The notes under the pieces: model-generated
What the model was told of the DNA's origin: nothing
The model's input: the letters and a program-made list of their open reading frames with translations, nothing else
The model's database searches: none
Assembly (NCBI GenBank): GCA_002633005.1
Contig: NMRA01000696.1
Location: 134,407 to 198,406 of the forward strand
DNA length: 64,000 nucleotides
From: Phoronis australis
Lineage: Eukaryota; Animalia; Phoronida
Direction of reading: 5' to 3'
Made by a program: the position numbers and the translations under genes
Shown here: positions 50,119-64,000 of the stretch, one piece after another
How the letters are laid out: each line of letters begins with the position of its first letter
Numbering within the stretch: position 1 is the first letter of the stretch

Positions 50119-53100
50119 TTACATGTACATATTGTTACGATTTTCTGTTGTTTCTACAATAAATCATTTGCACAATGTAATCATTCATTTGTGCAATGTT
50201 CACCTGCTGTTCATTTACTTGTTGTTAATTCGATTTCTGAGCTATAATGTTATCTGTAGTATTTATCAATGTCTTGAATAAAATTAAAAATTGAAGGTAT
50301 ACCTTGTAAAAGAATCCAATCCAATACATTGTGTTACTAACCGTATATAATTGTCCTGCTCCACGCCAACTGTCCCACATCAAAATGTCCCACTGCTTTA
50401 CACATGGCAAAACTGACATACTATCATGTAGTAATTTAATCTTCCAAGTGGCATAGCCCTATTTTCCTGTTCGACTAAAAACTTGATCAAATTCTTTGGT
50501 GAATTACACGAAAACGTGCAACTTAAAACACTGGAACTTTTTGAATTTGGAAAGTACACATTTGAATGAGGTGGAAAACTTAAAAATAAAGTCGACAGAT
50601 GAAAGTACTCAAGAAACGTTTTTAGACCTCCCACAGCTAAGGGCCAACTGACTATACGCTATCCAATAATCATAAAACTCATGATGTCCGTCTAAGGATT
50701 TACAGATGAATATTAAAGTATTTATCTAGAACAAGCGAGATTGCCGCCGCGCGTGTGTTTTTAAGGGGCATTAACATTTTTTTGAGATCAGGTTTAGCGC
50801 GGAAACAAACCTGAACATCCGCGGTCCCAGTCTAACACTGCTGCAAGAGTTAAATCCCACTAGATAAACAACAGGATATTTTAAGTGTACTCAACTTCTA
50901 AATTTAACTAGTAAATTTTCTACTGAAAATACCGCATGAGCACCCTGCTCATTCGAAACAATTCGTCATTTTCCGTACGACGTTATAATGTACATAAATG
51001 TACCCTATCATGGGCGCACCCGGGGGGGGGAGGCTCGGGGGCTCACCTCAATGAAACAAGAAGTCCGAGCAAACGACACAAAAGTCCACAAAGTCTACAG
51101 AAATTCGGCGCGGATGCACAATTCGTATGCCTGAACCTAGTGGTTCCGTTTTCCCGTTTTTTTAGTCCTCGTTGATTTTTTTCAATAAAGGGTCCGCATA
51201 CCGAAAAATTCGAGCCCCGCTATATTTTAGGCTGGGTGCGTGCATCACACCGAAGGAGACGAGATGTCTCCGAAGATCTAGGAAATCAAAAAAGTAATCC
51301 CGCAGACCAGTTTCAACATTAATACCATGAACATTCCTGGATGGCTCAAAGTCTACATTTTCTTAAGCCGATTTACAATGCAGATTTTCCCGAAAATAAT
51401 GAGCAAATGGCAAAAAACAGCACTCGATTATGAATTGATGCTATCTGTCCGTAAATAATGCGGCGTTGTTTTGACATGAGCTTGTGATCACGCTGAATGG
51501 GAAAGCAATCTCGTCGATATCCTTCTTAAAATGTAGATTGAAACAGCTCTTACTCTCCCGTCCAATTAATTGGGAAACGCACATAAACTGGTTTGCTTAC
51601 TCTGTCTTATTACTTTTAAAGATGGCAGATGGACGAATCCATGGACTCGTGTATAAGCCAGTATTGGTGCACGAAGTAAATGTGTGTGTCCAATGACATT
51701 TCACGAAAAGCTGCTACTACAAGTACCCATGCATGATTGATTCGAGCTGTATAAGGCGACACCTTTGAATTTGTAGTCTAAATTGATTAAGTATTTCTCG
51801 TTCTATCATGACTGTTGACAGTTTTTAGATGTAAAAAAATTACACTTCAAAAATACGACACAGTAGTCACGCTTCGGTTGTACTGCATGGCGATATCTCG
51901 CAAAAACTTGCACGATCTGACTTTTCTTGGAAACTTGATCTACGGAACGTAGTCCAGGTTACCACCATGACGTCAACTGATTCGATACAAACAGCTACCT
52001 TGCTTCTGTTTCACAAACAATCTGTTCACGCAATTTATTCACACCAATTCAAAACGTTACATTTAATACTTTTACATGCGCGCACCCACGAAGGGGCCAA
52101 AAAGGTCCGCCTCTGAGAGACAAAAGGTCCGGTAAATGAGACAAAAGTCCACTAAACAAGCGCGAACGCGCAATTCACAGTGATGCTCCCGTTTTTCTTT
52201 ATTTTTGATTTTCAGTCCGCCCGCTTTTTGTTAGCAAAAGGTCCACGACGTCAGGAGTTCGAGCCCCCAATATTGAAGGCTGGGTGAGCGCATGTTTTAC
52301 ACATGGAAATTAAAGTCTTGAAAGAAACAAACCAAAACAACTCAGGACAGAGCAAAAAAGTTTTTCAGCTACGCTCAATACAAATTTGCCTGTTTGTCTA
52401 CACAAATTTCTAATGATGGACACCACAACCTCTACGAAAGGGCACCATTTTATGTAAAACAAGTCAAACAAACACACAGAGAAATAGAAATAAAATTACT
52501 GAGAAGATCACAGATAAGAATGCTCTAGATCAATAAGAGTCAATTCGCTGAGTAAGCAGATAAAAACAAGTTTGTTTCTAACTGTTTGGACTCATGGGTA
52601 AACCTACAAATACTGTAAAACAAATCTGTGTCGGCTCATTTGCTAATAAAATGCTTTGGTCGCATATGCTGTAACACCAGAACAAAAATCAATGGCAGTA
52701 AGTAAGATTTACATGAAGAAGCTTCCAAGACTTTTTACATACAAATGCACAATTTGACACTGAAAGTTCGTAGGGAGAGGATATAAAACTTGAAAAGCAC
52801 GCTCAGGATTTCCATTAAATGAACACCAGAGCTAGTTTGGATAGAGAAAGTTGCTTGATGTTTCGTTCAAAAGAAGTGATTAAGTTTACAATCATCTTGG
52901 CATTTAGCAAATGCAGTTTAAAAGCTATGTTGTAACTAACATATCTCAACTTACTACATAAAAATCATTTCTTGTCTATGTTTATCGACAAATACACACT
53001 CTTTTATTTTTTAATACTCGTTGAATAAAACGAACATATATATGAAATACGCAGATACACAAAAATGGAAAATTCTTCACACACGCACGCACACACACCA

Positions 53101-54726
53101 TCACACAAAATTGGTCGCTAAATATGATCACCAGAGAAGACATGAGATAACTTTTTTCCAATGGTTATATTCCTCAATTTTACCATTTTAAAAAAAAGAA
53201 ATTTCTGAAATTGAATTCATGTTTCAACGTTCTGATGAAGCCAAATATAGTAGGCACCCTAGATTTGTTTCTTACTTGATGTGGAATTTTTTTGAATATT
53301 AGCAGAAACCAATTTAAAACCTTATATTTTGTGTCATAAATATTCCCAAGCATTTTTGATAATGTGGAAATTAATGTTTCTCCTGGCGAGCACACGGATT
53401 TCTGTTTCTGACACAAAATTTCTAATTATTTAACAGTTGTAAAAATTATATTCCAACTTTTCAGATTTTAGCTTATAAAATGAACATTTGTCAGAGTCAA
53501 TTACCTTAATTTTATTCAAAAAATAGCTACGAGAATTCTAGTTAAAAATGTACTACAAACACATCACCCAAGTATCTGTAGTGTAGTCAAAAGGTTGAGA
53601 ATATTTTCCACTATATGGATATCTACATAACAATTTATAAAAAGAATTATAGCCTTAGCTGCTAAATATATCACACACATTAAATGGCATCAACGAACCG
53701 ATGATCTTATTCAACACAGAAATCTCGGAGATAATTTACTCAAAAAGGACTTGACCGATTAAATTGGTGAAATATACTCTAAAAATTTGATCTGAGAAAA
53801 ACCTTCTTTCAATTTTGCAGTACAAATAAAAATTACTGTGTTCATCTAACAGACCATGATATACAGAAGACCTGTGTTAGCATAATTCATAAAAATACGG
53901 TCTTGCCTCCAACTTGTATGTCATTTTCATACCACAGATTTGTGAACTGCACATTTTCAGCCATTCATCGATATTTGTTTATTCTATCCAAAAAGGGATT
54001 GTTGACTAACCTTATATCCAAAAATGTCTAATCCTCACACCTCTGTTCTTCTTACCAAAATGTCTCTTTAAATTTGTTCTAACTTACTGTCCAATATAAA
54101 TAAAAAATTGAACTGAATTCCTTTAAAACTGAGGCAGGTGGGTTGGGTGACAAAGTAAGTCAATACAAAATTTTGGGGATTACCAAAGATTTTAAAACAA
54201 TAAATTTTCCCAGAATAATCGACTTTCTACCGCTCCTGAGCTTAAAAAACAAATGTAAAACGTCAGCTGCTTCTTTGTCAAGGATTTCAAGTCTTGTTAA
54301 GAACCAACTGCGTCAACCCCATCGGATCGTCTGGGGTATTTTCGTAACCTCGAATTTCCCCTCGAAGTTCAACATTATCTGTGCATGTGCGAACTTCAAG
54401 CGTACGGCCAACCCTTCTCCAGTTTGAAAGTCACATACTTTGCCGTGAGATTGAAGTCAGAACATGCGAAAAGAACGTTCTCTTTGAGACTGCGAAAATG
54501 CCGCGTGATGGCCCCCAACCCGTGAACAAATAAAAGTTTTCCGCATAGAAATATAATGTAATTCTCTTTGCACCTTCTTTTACATCAGCCAATGCTTCCA
54601 ACCGGAGGACGCTTTATAAACGATAAGGTATGGGTTGCTTCCGATGAGACATGAGAGAACGCAACAGACCACGTACAACTTTGGAAATGGATGTATCAAA
54701 AATGACATGTTCGTCTCCCCCCTGAC

Positions 54727-57700
54727 CTAGGTGTTGTTTGTCTGAGACAACTTTTTCTCCACTCTACCACGTTGATCAAGCTCCTTCAGGAATTGAGTAA
54801 AATTCAGGAGATGTAGTGGTTCCATGTTGAATCTTGATGTCATCATCTTGTAATAAAAAGCTGACGACCTCCTGTACACATCTATCAATTCAGTCAGTTG
54901 TTCGCCTCCAAACTCTTTAAACCTAAATGAAAAAAAGCTGTTGATGTCGAATCGGAATACATCTGAACAGCAAGATATTTGGTTTGGTCAATATTAGAAC
55001 GAGATTTTAGACAAACATGTGAGAATGGGTACATTAGGTTTGGTAATTGGACACTGTACACCTTTATACGAAGGCACCATTTACTATTGTATTTTCTTGA
55101 TGGGCTATTGGTTCTACGAAAGAGTTGAAATGACTTATCACTTACACTTTGGCCGAGCAATTATTTAGTCTACAAATTAGATGGTGACTTCAGCTAGTTG
55201 TAGATGCCACCGATGAATATCGAAAGAAGTAACGTTTATGTGATGAATAATTCTTACTTTCGTGAATACTTCTTCAAACCCCTTTCACATAGAGACTGTT
55301 GTAGTTCCTGTTTTGTGATTGTGATTGGCCTTCTCGCAACAACTCGTTGGCCTAAAATGATGATATTCAAACTGACAATTGAATACATGGAAGGGAAAAC
55401 ATTATTGGAGAACCAGAGTAGGGCTAAAGAAAACTGAAGATAGAACAAGCTGCAGAGGACTTTGTTCATGGACTTTCACCAGAATTCAAAAGGTTGAAGA
55501 TCATACTGGTTGCCACTGCGTCCAGCGTGCAGTAAATTGTATAAAAAGGATAAGTGTCATATACAAGATAATCTATAACTAAGCTAGAAGGCGATTGAAT
55601 CTATGAAATTTAAAATAATGCCCAAATTGAAAATCAATGACGTGCTTCATTAAATAAAATGTCATTGAACTCTTGTTGTCCTGTCATCTCAAATTAGAAT
55701 CTGATCAATGTGCTTCTGCAAACCATACTTATTAATTTAAACATAATTGAACGTTAGAAAACTTTGCTCAAGCAAACTTTTAAGGAAGGAGTCAATGATA
55801 AATCTGTAGTATATCCGGGACTAGAAACTGTGCGGCACATTGGACGAAGTGCAATGTTTCACAATAATAGTTATCTTGTAATTACTTGTCGTTACTAACA
55901 ATATTTCAAATGTCGTTAAAAGGATGTTTCTTTCCATTAAATAACTTCCTTGTTTTTTCAAAGCATGCAGGTGTTAGTAACTGTACTTCGTTCATTTATT
56001 GCTATGCTTATTTAGTGGCTATTGTTCATTTATTGCTATGCTTATTTAGTGGCTATTTTTCATTTATTGCTATGCTTATTTAGTGGCTATTGTTCATTTA
56101 TTGCTATGCTTATTTAGTGGCTATTGTTCATTTATTCTTTGTTGCGTCTCAGTGCGCTGTATAGCCTGTGTTACTTGGACAATGCTGGCGTGACTGTATG
56201 TGTCGGGCACTTCGCTAGCGACAGGCTTCAGAGAAGGACGTGTTTCCTTCCTTGGCCTATATGGACTTGTACTGAGCGTGTTATGTGCAACTAAACTGAA
56301 ATGTATGCGTTGAAGTGAAATACACATTTTTGGCGTTCACTGGAGATTTGCTCTGTTACATGGGTTTTTCAATTCAGATTTTGTGGGACCTTCTCAGCTG
56401 TGCATTAAGTCAAATATCTACAATATCACAAAACTTTTAATTAAAAGTAGGAAAATATATTATTTTCTGAAAGTACAACAAAGCCTGGACTTTGGTTTTT
56501 TACTTCATGACAGTCTACTATCAATTTGGTCGAAAAGCAAAACAACGGTATCAATATCATGAACGAATTTTTTTGATATAAATGCTGTATATAAATGTTT
56601 TATATAAATGTTGAGATGAAATCTAAAAAGGGGTATTACAGCTTTTTAAATTACCGTTTTGCTTCCATTTAATGCAACTTTTGATTTTTTCAATTTTTGG
56701 TAGCCCTCATGCCAAACTACAACACTTAAAATAATTCCATATAGCGTTTGAGAGAACAATGCTTTACTACAATTAGCGTCTGTTGGCAAGTGCTTTTGAA
56801 CACAACATTGACTTCTGCCGATTCTGGTTTCATCAGAATTCTCTCATAAGTAGGAAACATCACACGCCTAGTGTTTTCACACAGTGTAATAATTGGCCAA
56901 TACCCATTGCAATAAAGAAGAGCACTTTTATTGAAGCGCAGTATCTGAATGCTTCATCGATTTCCGGTCAGTCATATCTGAGATACGACGTCCCTAGGTG
57001 AGCCAAATTTGATCATTTTTCTAGGGTTTCGCAATGCTTTGAATGTCTTGCTTTTACACTTGAATTTTGAAACAATCTACACCTTTTCCACAAAAACTAG
57101 TGACGGAACGTTACAAATCTTTACTTATAATTACTCGCGATCTCTAATCATTAAGTCAGTGGTTAATCGTTTGCATACTATGTAATATGTCGAGTGCTCT
57201 GATTTGGCCACCGATTCCTTAATTACTTGGTAACAATAAACACGCAACCATAAGCTCGTAACCTTATTCGTGGCGCCTATATTTACCTGGGCTGCATTCC
57301 GTAAACCTAAGACACTCGCACGAAAGGCTAGTGTGGCCAAGTGCATGGCTATATTGCGCTAAGTCTTGTTTTGATTGTAATGCATGACTATATCGTGCTA
57401 AGTCTTGTTTTGATTGTAATGCATGGCTATATCGCGTTAAGTCTTGTTTTGATTGTAATGCATGGCTATATGGCGCTGAGTCTTGTTTTGATTGTAATGC
57501 ATGGCTATATGGCGCTTAGTCTTGTTTTGATTGTAATGCATGGCTATATCGCGCTGAGTCTTGTTTTGATTGTAATGCATGGCTATATCGAGCCAAGTCT
57601 TGTTTGGTCTTGCTATTTCGTGAAGCTCTCGCGTCCTGTTATATAGCTGTCCAAACTAAGCCACAATCTCCCTATCAACATGCTAAGGAGTAGAGTTTTA

Positions 57701-60700
57701 AGTAAACAGTTCCTGGAACAACCTTTGTGGCATGACCTGGTGCTCTTTTATTGAATGTTCTATTTGTCTTGTGAAAACTGGTAGTTTTCAAGTGATCCAT
57801 CGAATTAAAAACAACTAAAATTGCGTGACTCATCTACTACAAGCAATTTGATTTTCAAATTAAGGAAAAGAAACCAAAATGACACTCATTTTCCTATTAA
57901 AATTCCATTTGAATATACGGATGTCGTCGAGTCGCCCACGGGCTAGTGTACATCAATTACATGTTAAAATGAGGGATGTCGTCGAGTCACTCACGCGGTA
58001 GTGTACATCAATTACATGCAATTTTACATCTGTGCTACTTTTTGGCTTTGGTTGAATGACACCTGTAGTTTTTAAACCTATCTATGTAAATATCACAAAA
58101 ATGTCTACCGTAGATAAAAAATGCAAGTGCAACTTTACACTTAACATAAAGAAAGTAAAAATTCCGTTAGTCAGTCATTAGCATAACCTAACGATGGATT
58201 TCGCGCTGTTCAGCTGGTTAAAAAATCACGAAAATTGACATTTTGCTCTCAAAAATCGCTCCGATGATATTTCGTAGCACAACAGAATTCTATTTCCGTT
58301 ACCTACAAGAACATCGGAGCTATCGATTGCGATACTTCATGTGTGCGCACGCATCCAGCTACCTAACGGAATGGAATGTTAGGGGGCCAATCCATGAGAG
58401 TAAAAGCCTAATTTGATTTTCTTTTTTAGGCAGCTAAACAGGGCGAAAAGCAGCTTGCAGATTTAACCAAAATTAACCGCTGAAGTCATTGGTTACAATT
58501 CGGATAGTGAAAAGTACTTCTAGAATAGATATCAAGTTCATTACACGTGCTCAAAGATATTTCTACAAGGTAGTATTACAACTTTTCGCTTACCTTCCAC
58601 GTGATCAACTGTTTTCAAAACATCGCACAATTCTTCCAATTTCCCATTCCGCTCTTCCTCTGAAGAGAAGTCGTAATAAAGCTCTTTTCCAAGTAACATG
58701 GCAAGCCATCCGAGAGAAGGGTAAAAGTGTTCGAGCTTCAGCGGTATAATTTTTTTTCCAAGGTTGTGTGCGTGCTCAGCTTCTAAAATTGTATACACGT
58801 CATGTTTAAGGTCCGGTTTTAAACCAGTTTATTTAAATTTGAGATCATACTAGTATAATGGTATACAATCAGTTTACAAAGCGAATTCAAAGAATCTGCA
58901 AATGATCAATATAATGAAATGAAAGTGAATACAAATGTATGTATACATTGAAATGAAGAAAACAATATTTACTATACATACACAAAGAAACAAATCTATT
59001 GTTAAATGAAATCACTACTGTTACAGCACAGAAAATTTGAAAGTTAACTATTTTATTCAGATATACGTTTTTTGCTAACGATAACGGCTGCGATTCATAG
59101 ATTAAAAACAATTTGACCAATGCATCCACCTGTATAGATAACAGTGAACGTCAGCAATTTCAGTTTTATTGCCACGGACCTACAGGAGCTCTGCTCCCTC
59201 AATCGCATTTAAGGGACAACAAAAGAAATAATAAACGTTACCATTACTTGGGTGGCCACAAGTACGCTGCGGAGTTGTGTTTTAAAACCGTGGCGGAACT
59301 TATGACAGTTGTGAAAATGTTCAAATATCAGTTTGCTCAGAGAATATTGTATCTCTCCTGGACGTGGAATGTTTTGAATACAAGTGCGGAGTGACATGGG
59401 GGTCCTGATTTTGGAGGTTTGTTATTGAATGTGGCACAGATGTCTTATCAGGTAGGGTATTCCAGATAGTTATTACTGCTAGTTAGTTAGAAGAGCTGTT
59501 TATGTTACGGATAATATTGTAGATATGATGGGTGCGTCGTTTGGATAAGCTTAGCCAACTGAATGAGTCGACCTTACAATTTCTACTGATTTCAAATCGG
59601 TAAATAAAACAACAAGAATGTATCAACTGAAATTTGAAATTTTCGGATGTAATATCTTCCTTTGTCAACAAAAACAGAAATAAAGTAAAATCAAACACAA
59701 AATGACAATTGACTGATTTCAAGGTTGTGTAGACTTTATTGAGCCGTGTACAGCGTATTTCGTCAAATATCTAAAAAATTATACAAAGCTTGTGGAATGA
59801 GAGCTTTAACGTTTCACCAATTTGCCTTTAATTGGTCATATCACCAGGAGATGTCAACCAACTGTAAAACACGACCGCATGTCACGTGAACGTAAACCGG
59901 AAGAGAGGGAACACAAGCAGCGATGTTAATCGGGGTGTAACTATACTAAACTGCTGGCGCATAACTAACTAAACCACTGGCGCATTCTTAACAAAACATG
60001 GTCAAATTTTATTAAAAACAAATCTTCACGATGTTATCCCAGAAGTGCTGTAATAGTTTTCTAAAGGATTATTTCGTTTGTTTTGTGCAACTTCAGATTT
60101 TTTAAATGAAAATCGTTAACGTCCTATTTTCTGTTAGCCCCTCGTGCAAAAGCATAATATTTTAAGAAAAAAACATACTAGCGTTTTGGAGAACAGTGCA
60201 TTCTCCTGGAGTCCTACTTAAAACTGAACGACTTTGACGAGTTGCCAAAAATTCCAAGAGCACACGGACAAATGACGCTTATAATTGTGTGTAACCTAAG
60301 GCACGCTGATCAAGTGAACGAGGCTCAAACTCTTGAGTATTGAGTATTACAACACCCCATAATAGCATGCCGACAATTTACAAAAATAGGCCCATGGGCT
60401 AATATTCGAAAAACGACTTTTCGAAAACATCAAATCAAACCAAATAAACGCCCGTTCGTATTTTTGAGTGGGCATATTTTTGAAAATTCTCGTGGTTGTG
60501 GATATGAGTGGATGGAGCCTTATTCGAAAAGAAAAAGCTGTGGGGATCGTGCGTACAGGAATTAAATTGTTCTCAATTTGGTCACCAAAAGATGGCAGGC
60601 CGTATATGTTTTTATAAATTAAGCAGAAAATTTGGCCCAATTTTGAGACAACCTGTAATTTTTTAAATTGACAGTGATTGTTAATCATACAAATTTTAAG

Positions 60701-61260
60701 CAGTAACTAAGAACTAACATCCTTATTTTATGAAAAATTGTAACCACATTCTCCCGAAGGTTCTGTTGCTACAAAATATAAATATTTTTCAATCAAACAA
60801 AACTTACGGATTTGGAACACTTCATACATAATATCTCATTTACACGTATAGCGCCAACGATTTATTCACCTTCTGCCTGAGGTTTTAAAACATTTAAAAA
60901 TATAGCTTTAAATATCAACGAGTAAATTCACACACTCATGGTGCGAGCCAGACACTGCTGGTCAAGCAATTTGTCAATGGAATTTTGTGATAAAAAATAA
61001 ATCGTGTTTTACTTGAAATAACATAAAAGTTTTCACAAGTGAGGAATTTATTTCCAAATTTTGATGATGCTGATTACACACGCCCATACAAATACCTCTC
61101 ATTTATTTCAAATAACCTGTTTCTTATTTCACTGCCACAGTGCTGTTAAGACGCTTACCCATCCGGCAGTTTGGACTTCCTTTGTATTCTTCGGTGACAC
61201 AAAGAAGGACTGCACTGGCTTTCTCTACTGCTTCAGCCATGCAATCAAGCGTACTTCCTC
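54727..61260 (-). CDS. 3' part of a TIR-domain (TIR_2-like) protein with a C-terminal SAM-like domain; 5' exons not found in the window
   Basis: Exons (minus): 61159-61260 (GSTLDCMAEAVEKASAVLLCVTEEYKGSPNCRM), 58594-58782 (EAEHAHNLGKKIIPLKLEHFYPSLGWLAMLLGKELYYDF), 55258-55351 (QELQQSLCERGLKKYSR), 54727-54922 (KFKEFGGEQLTELIDVYRRSSAFYYKMM...FLKEL...stop). GT-AG, phases 1/1/1/2 consistent. An extra linker exon near 56175-56290 is possible. Confidence 0.8.
55988..56136. repeat. Minisatellite, ~34-bp unit x4
   Basis: TTGTTCATTTATTGCTATGCTTATTTAGTGGCTA repeated. Confidence 0.9.
57341..57607. repeat. Minisatellite, 39-bp unit x7
   Basis: TGCATGGCTATATCGCGCTAAGTCTTGTTTTGATTGTAA repeated; gives the spurious ORF 57341-57646. 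Confidence 0.95.
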
Positions 61261-61563
61261 CTTAAAATAATGCAACACGTGTGTGTGATCGTCATTCAGT
61301 TACTGGCCCAAATAATGACAACATCAACAGCAACAGCAAAAACAATAATAATAACAGTTATGACAACAACGATAATTGTATGCGCACACACGCACGCACG
61401 CACACACTCACATATACACACATTGACGGAATTTTATGAAAAGCATTTGGCAATCTACCATTTCTTCGTAAAGTAAGTTGCCGTTGGAGTCTCAAATGTG
61501 GCAAAAAAATCGGCACAGCACTGCAGCAGATCACCTGGTTCCATGGTGTATGCTGTTAAACAT

Positions 61564-61725
61564 CAGTGAATGGACGTCCAATAGGAACCCGAACTGAAAG
61601 TTCAGGGCTTGAATCCGATTTCAGCGTTCTTGAAGTTCAGTTGCCGTGTCCAGCGCAAGCTTCCCCACTCTCACGACTTCACCTTTCATGGGTAGTCCCA
61701 CATCTGTTGCTTCATCACAAAGCAT
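61564..61725 (-). pseudogene. Probable hAT (ZMYM1-like) transposase C-terminal remnant
   Basis: MLCDEATDVGLPMKGEVVRVGKLALDTATELQER*NRIQALNFQFGFLLDVHSL resembles the GE.A.D.GL...D...E...RF..L...FGFLL segment of hAT transposases; internal stop. Confidence 0.45.
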
Positions 61726-62023
61726 GAATCACGTTTGTCTCTATGGGTCTTTTAAAGACTTTTAAACAGTACAGGAAATAATGCTGTAAACACTTTGCAG
61801 CTTCTTAAAATTTCGTTTGCTGAGCTAAGCTTTTTCAAAAAATGACGAATTTCAAAAGGTGAAATTCGTATGAATAGAAACGCCCATGGCCATTTTTATT
61901 CCAGAAATTTACTATTGGCAAATGCCATTCAAATGAAATGTACTTCTTCGTTTTATACAATGAATTTGTGAAATAATAAAAAACTAGTAGTGGGAAGAGA
62001 AACAGTAACATCCCGAGGCACTT

Positions 62024-62210
62024 GTGGATCCAGAGTGCTGCACGCTGGCCACAACTACAACTGGTGGATCTAGAGTGCTGCACGCTGGCTACAACTACAA
62101 CTGGTGGATCCAGAATGCTGCACGCTGGCCACAACTACAACTGGTGGATCTAGAGTGCTGCATGCTGGCCACAACTACAACTGGTGGATCTAGGGTGTCG
62201 CATGCTGACC
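62024..62210. repeat. Minisatellite, 42-bp unit x~4.5
   Basis: GTGGATCTAGAGTGCTGCACGCTGGCCACAACTACAACTG repeated. Confidence 0.95.
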
Positions 62211-64000
62211 ATAACCACAATTTTTGAGGGAATTGTGTTCACGTTAGCTCTAAAAATGTCTTTGCTCATGTCTGGAAGGGGTGAACTAAACCCTTGACTA
62301 TCCCTCGCCCACAGGCGTAGCCAGAACATTAAACGGTGAGGCCAAACGCATTGTTGGCGACTGGTGAGCGGCTGCTAAAATGAGTGCAACATGGGGTCGC
62401 TTTGCAGTGAAAGGGGGACCAAAAGCAAAACTGAAATGTTTTGACCCGGGGTGCACTTTTTGCACTGAATAGGGGTGAGCATGGCCTACTTGTGCCCCTC
62501 GTGACTACGCCAGTACCTCGACTGTGCGGAGATGGGTGTGCGGTACTTTTTTTTCTCCCGCCAAGTAAGGAAAAGCTTTGGTTATGTCAACTTTTCGTTT
62601 TTTGGGAAAAACGGTGCCACTCTTCTGTTGGCGTCCTGTGGTAATTGCCTCCCCTGTCCCTCTCGTTATGCCACTGACTGCATGGATTCATAACAAAACG
62701 TTTTCGTAAGATTCGAAATAACAATAAAACTGGTTTTTAGGAACGAGGTCTTGAATGAATGCTTTAGGTTGCCCAAATGAATAAGACTAATCAAATTTGC
62801 CGCCGTACACGTGCATTGACTCCACCAGGATACACCAACCGTGGAGTACGGCTCAACCATGGAGTACGGATTGACTCTACTAACCCGTAATTCATGTCGT
62901 ATTCCGTTGACATATTCACACATACATGGGATAAAACGTCTTAGGACATATATGTGAAAATATAGATGTTGTATACATACAAGTTATCCCACACACATAG
63001 GAATACTACAGTGGCAGATCTAGAATACCATAAGAGGGGGGGGGGGGGCAACATGTAGCCTCGGGGAATTGGGCAAAGCGCGATTGTATGTGCACGGGCG
63101 GCCCGGCAGTTACGAGAGCCCGGAGATGTGGACCTTCTGTCCGTAAAATCTATCGGCTACCGATCTTAGTTACTGAATTCAATATTTCTCACGCACGCTT
63201 GACACGCTGTTGTTGCTTCATTTTCCTTGCGGCAGCCAAAGGGGGGGGGGGGGCGGCCCCACTAAATCCGCCTATGTACTACTGCCATATCTTATCCAGA
63301 ATTCATTTCATCTGGGAATGTCCCAACGAGACTGACCAATAACACAGATAAGCAATAGCATAGATACAGGACACATAAAATTGTAAATGTGGTTGACAGT
63401 CTTCACGGATGCAGAGGAAATCTGCATCCGCCCATTGTGTACCCTCTTCCACAATGCCCTAATGTGACGTTCAACTTAAAAAACTTGTGCAGCACACAAA
63501 ATGCTCCCGTTTAATTTCAATTATCCTCTTTATCAAACTAATTGAACTCAAATCGATTGAGTCAAAACTTTTTCCCAAACGATACTCTTGCAACATGGCA
63601 TAAAATAATGAGATTTATGGCACTATGTCATAAATTCCTTTATATTCCCTGCTGCCCTCCTCCGGTTGACCATCTGTTCCTGTACATTTTGTACATGTCC
63701 ATCCGTGGTCTTGCAGAAAGGACTGTCTAGTCCTACCTGGCCTATGTATACTTCAAATACAAATTGATGGTTACCTGGACCTCACGCGTAATTTCTTAGT
63801 CAACAAGACCCTGGAAGGATTGCGGCGCAGTGCTAATGTGGCGACTATTAGGCAAGTTGGATACGTTACCAACATACATCTAGTTTATCTTCGACATACG
63901 AGGCTCAGCATACGATTTAGCATTCTTCAGGTTCTTCAGAATATCCGAATTGGTGGGTGCCAACAGCGGAGGGCTTCAGGCATGGAACGCTAGCATTGCC

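Noticed and set aside
63590-63730. RMDMYKM on minus as the missing first TIR exon
   Set aside because: No 'MISY' strand, no compatible donor, and stops nearby.

Overview
Eukaryotic (marine-invertebrate-like, intron-rich, AT-rich) genomic DNA, not prokaryotic, so most six-frame ORFs are spurious. I reconstructed four spliced protein-coding loci by hand, all on the minus strand: (1) the first coding exon of a SAM-domain protein (15689-15781), whose remainder appears to lie left of the window; (2) a complete 11-coding-exon PRPF31 (20441-29752, 489 aa); (3) a CLCC1-like multi-pass membrane protein (40674-45463, about 449 aa); (4) the 3' part of a TIR + SAM-like protein (54727-61260) with an intact putative catalytic Glu. 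The rest is densely populated by DNA transposons. These include four copies of a TTAA-targeting Kolobok-type element (AGGAG...CTCCT ends) carrying convergent remnants of a THAP-transposase N-terminus and a KolX/P2X7-C-terminus-like gene, one copy inserted inside another. There are also an Academ XPG/PIN-like remnant, hAT and Mutator-like MITEs with clean TSDs, a 650-bp near-perfect foldback element and many minisatellites. Three single-N gaps (32757, 41705, 47711) are present, two flanked by duplications that look like adjacent haplotypes. No database search was run: family assignments rest on motif recognition.
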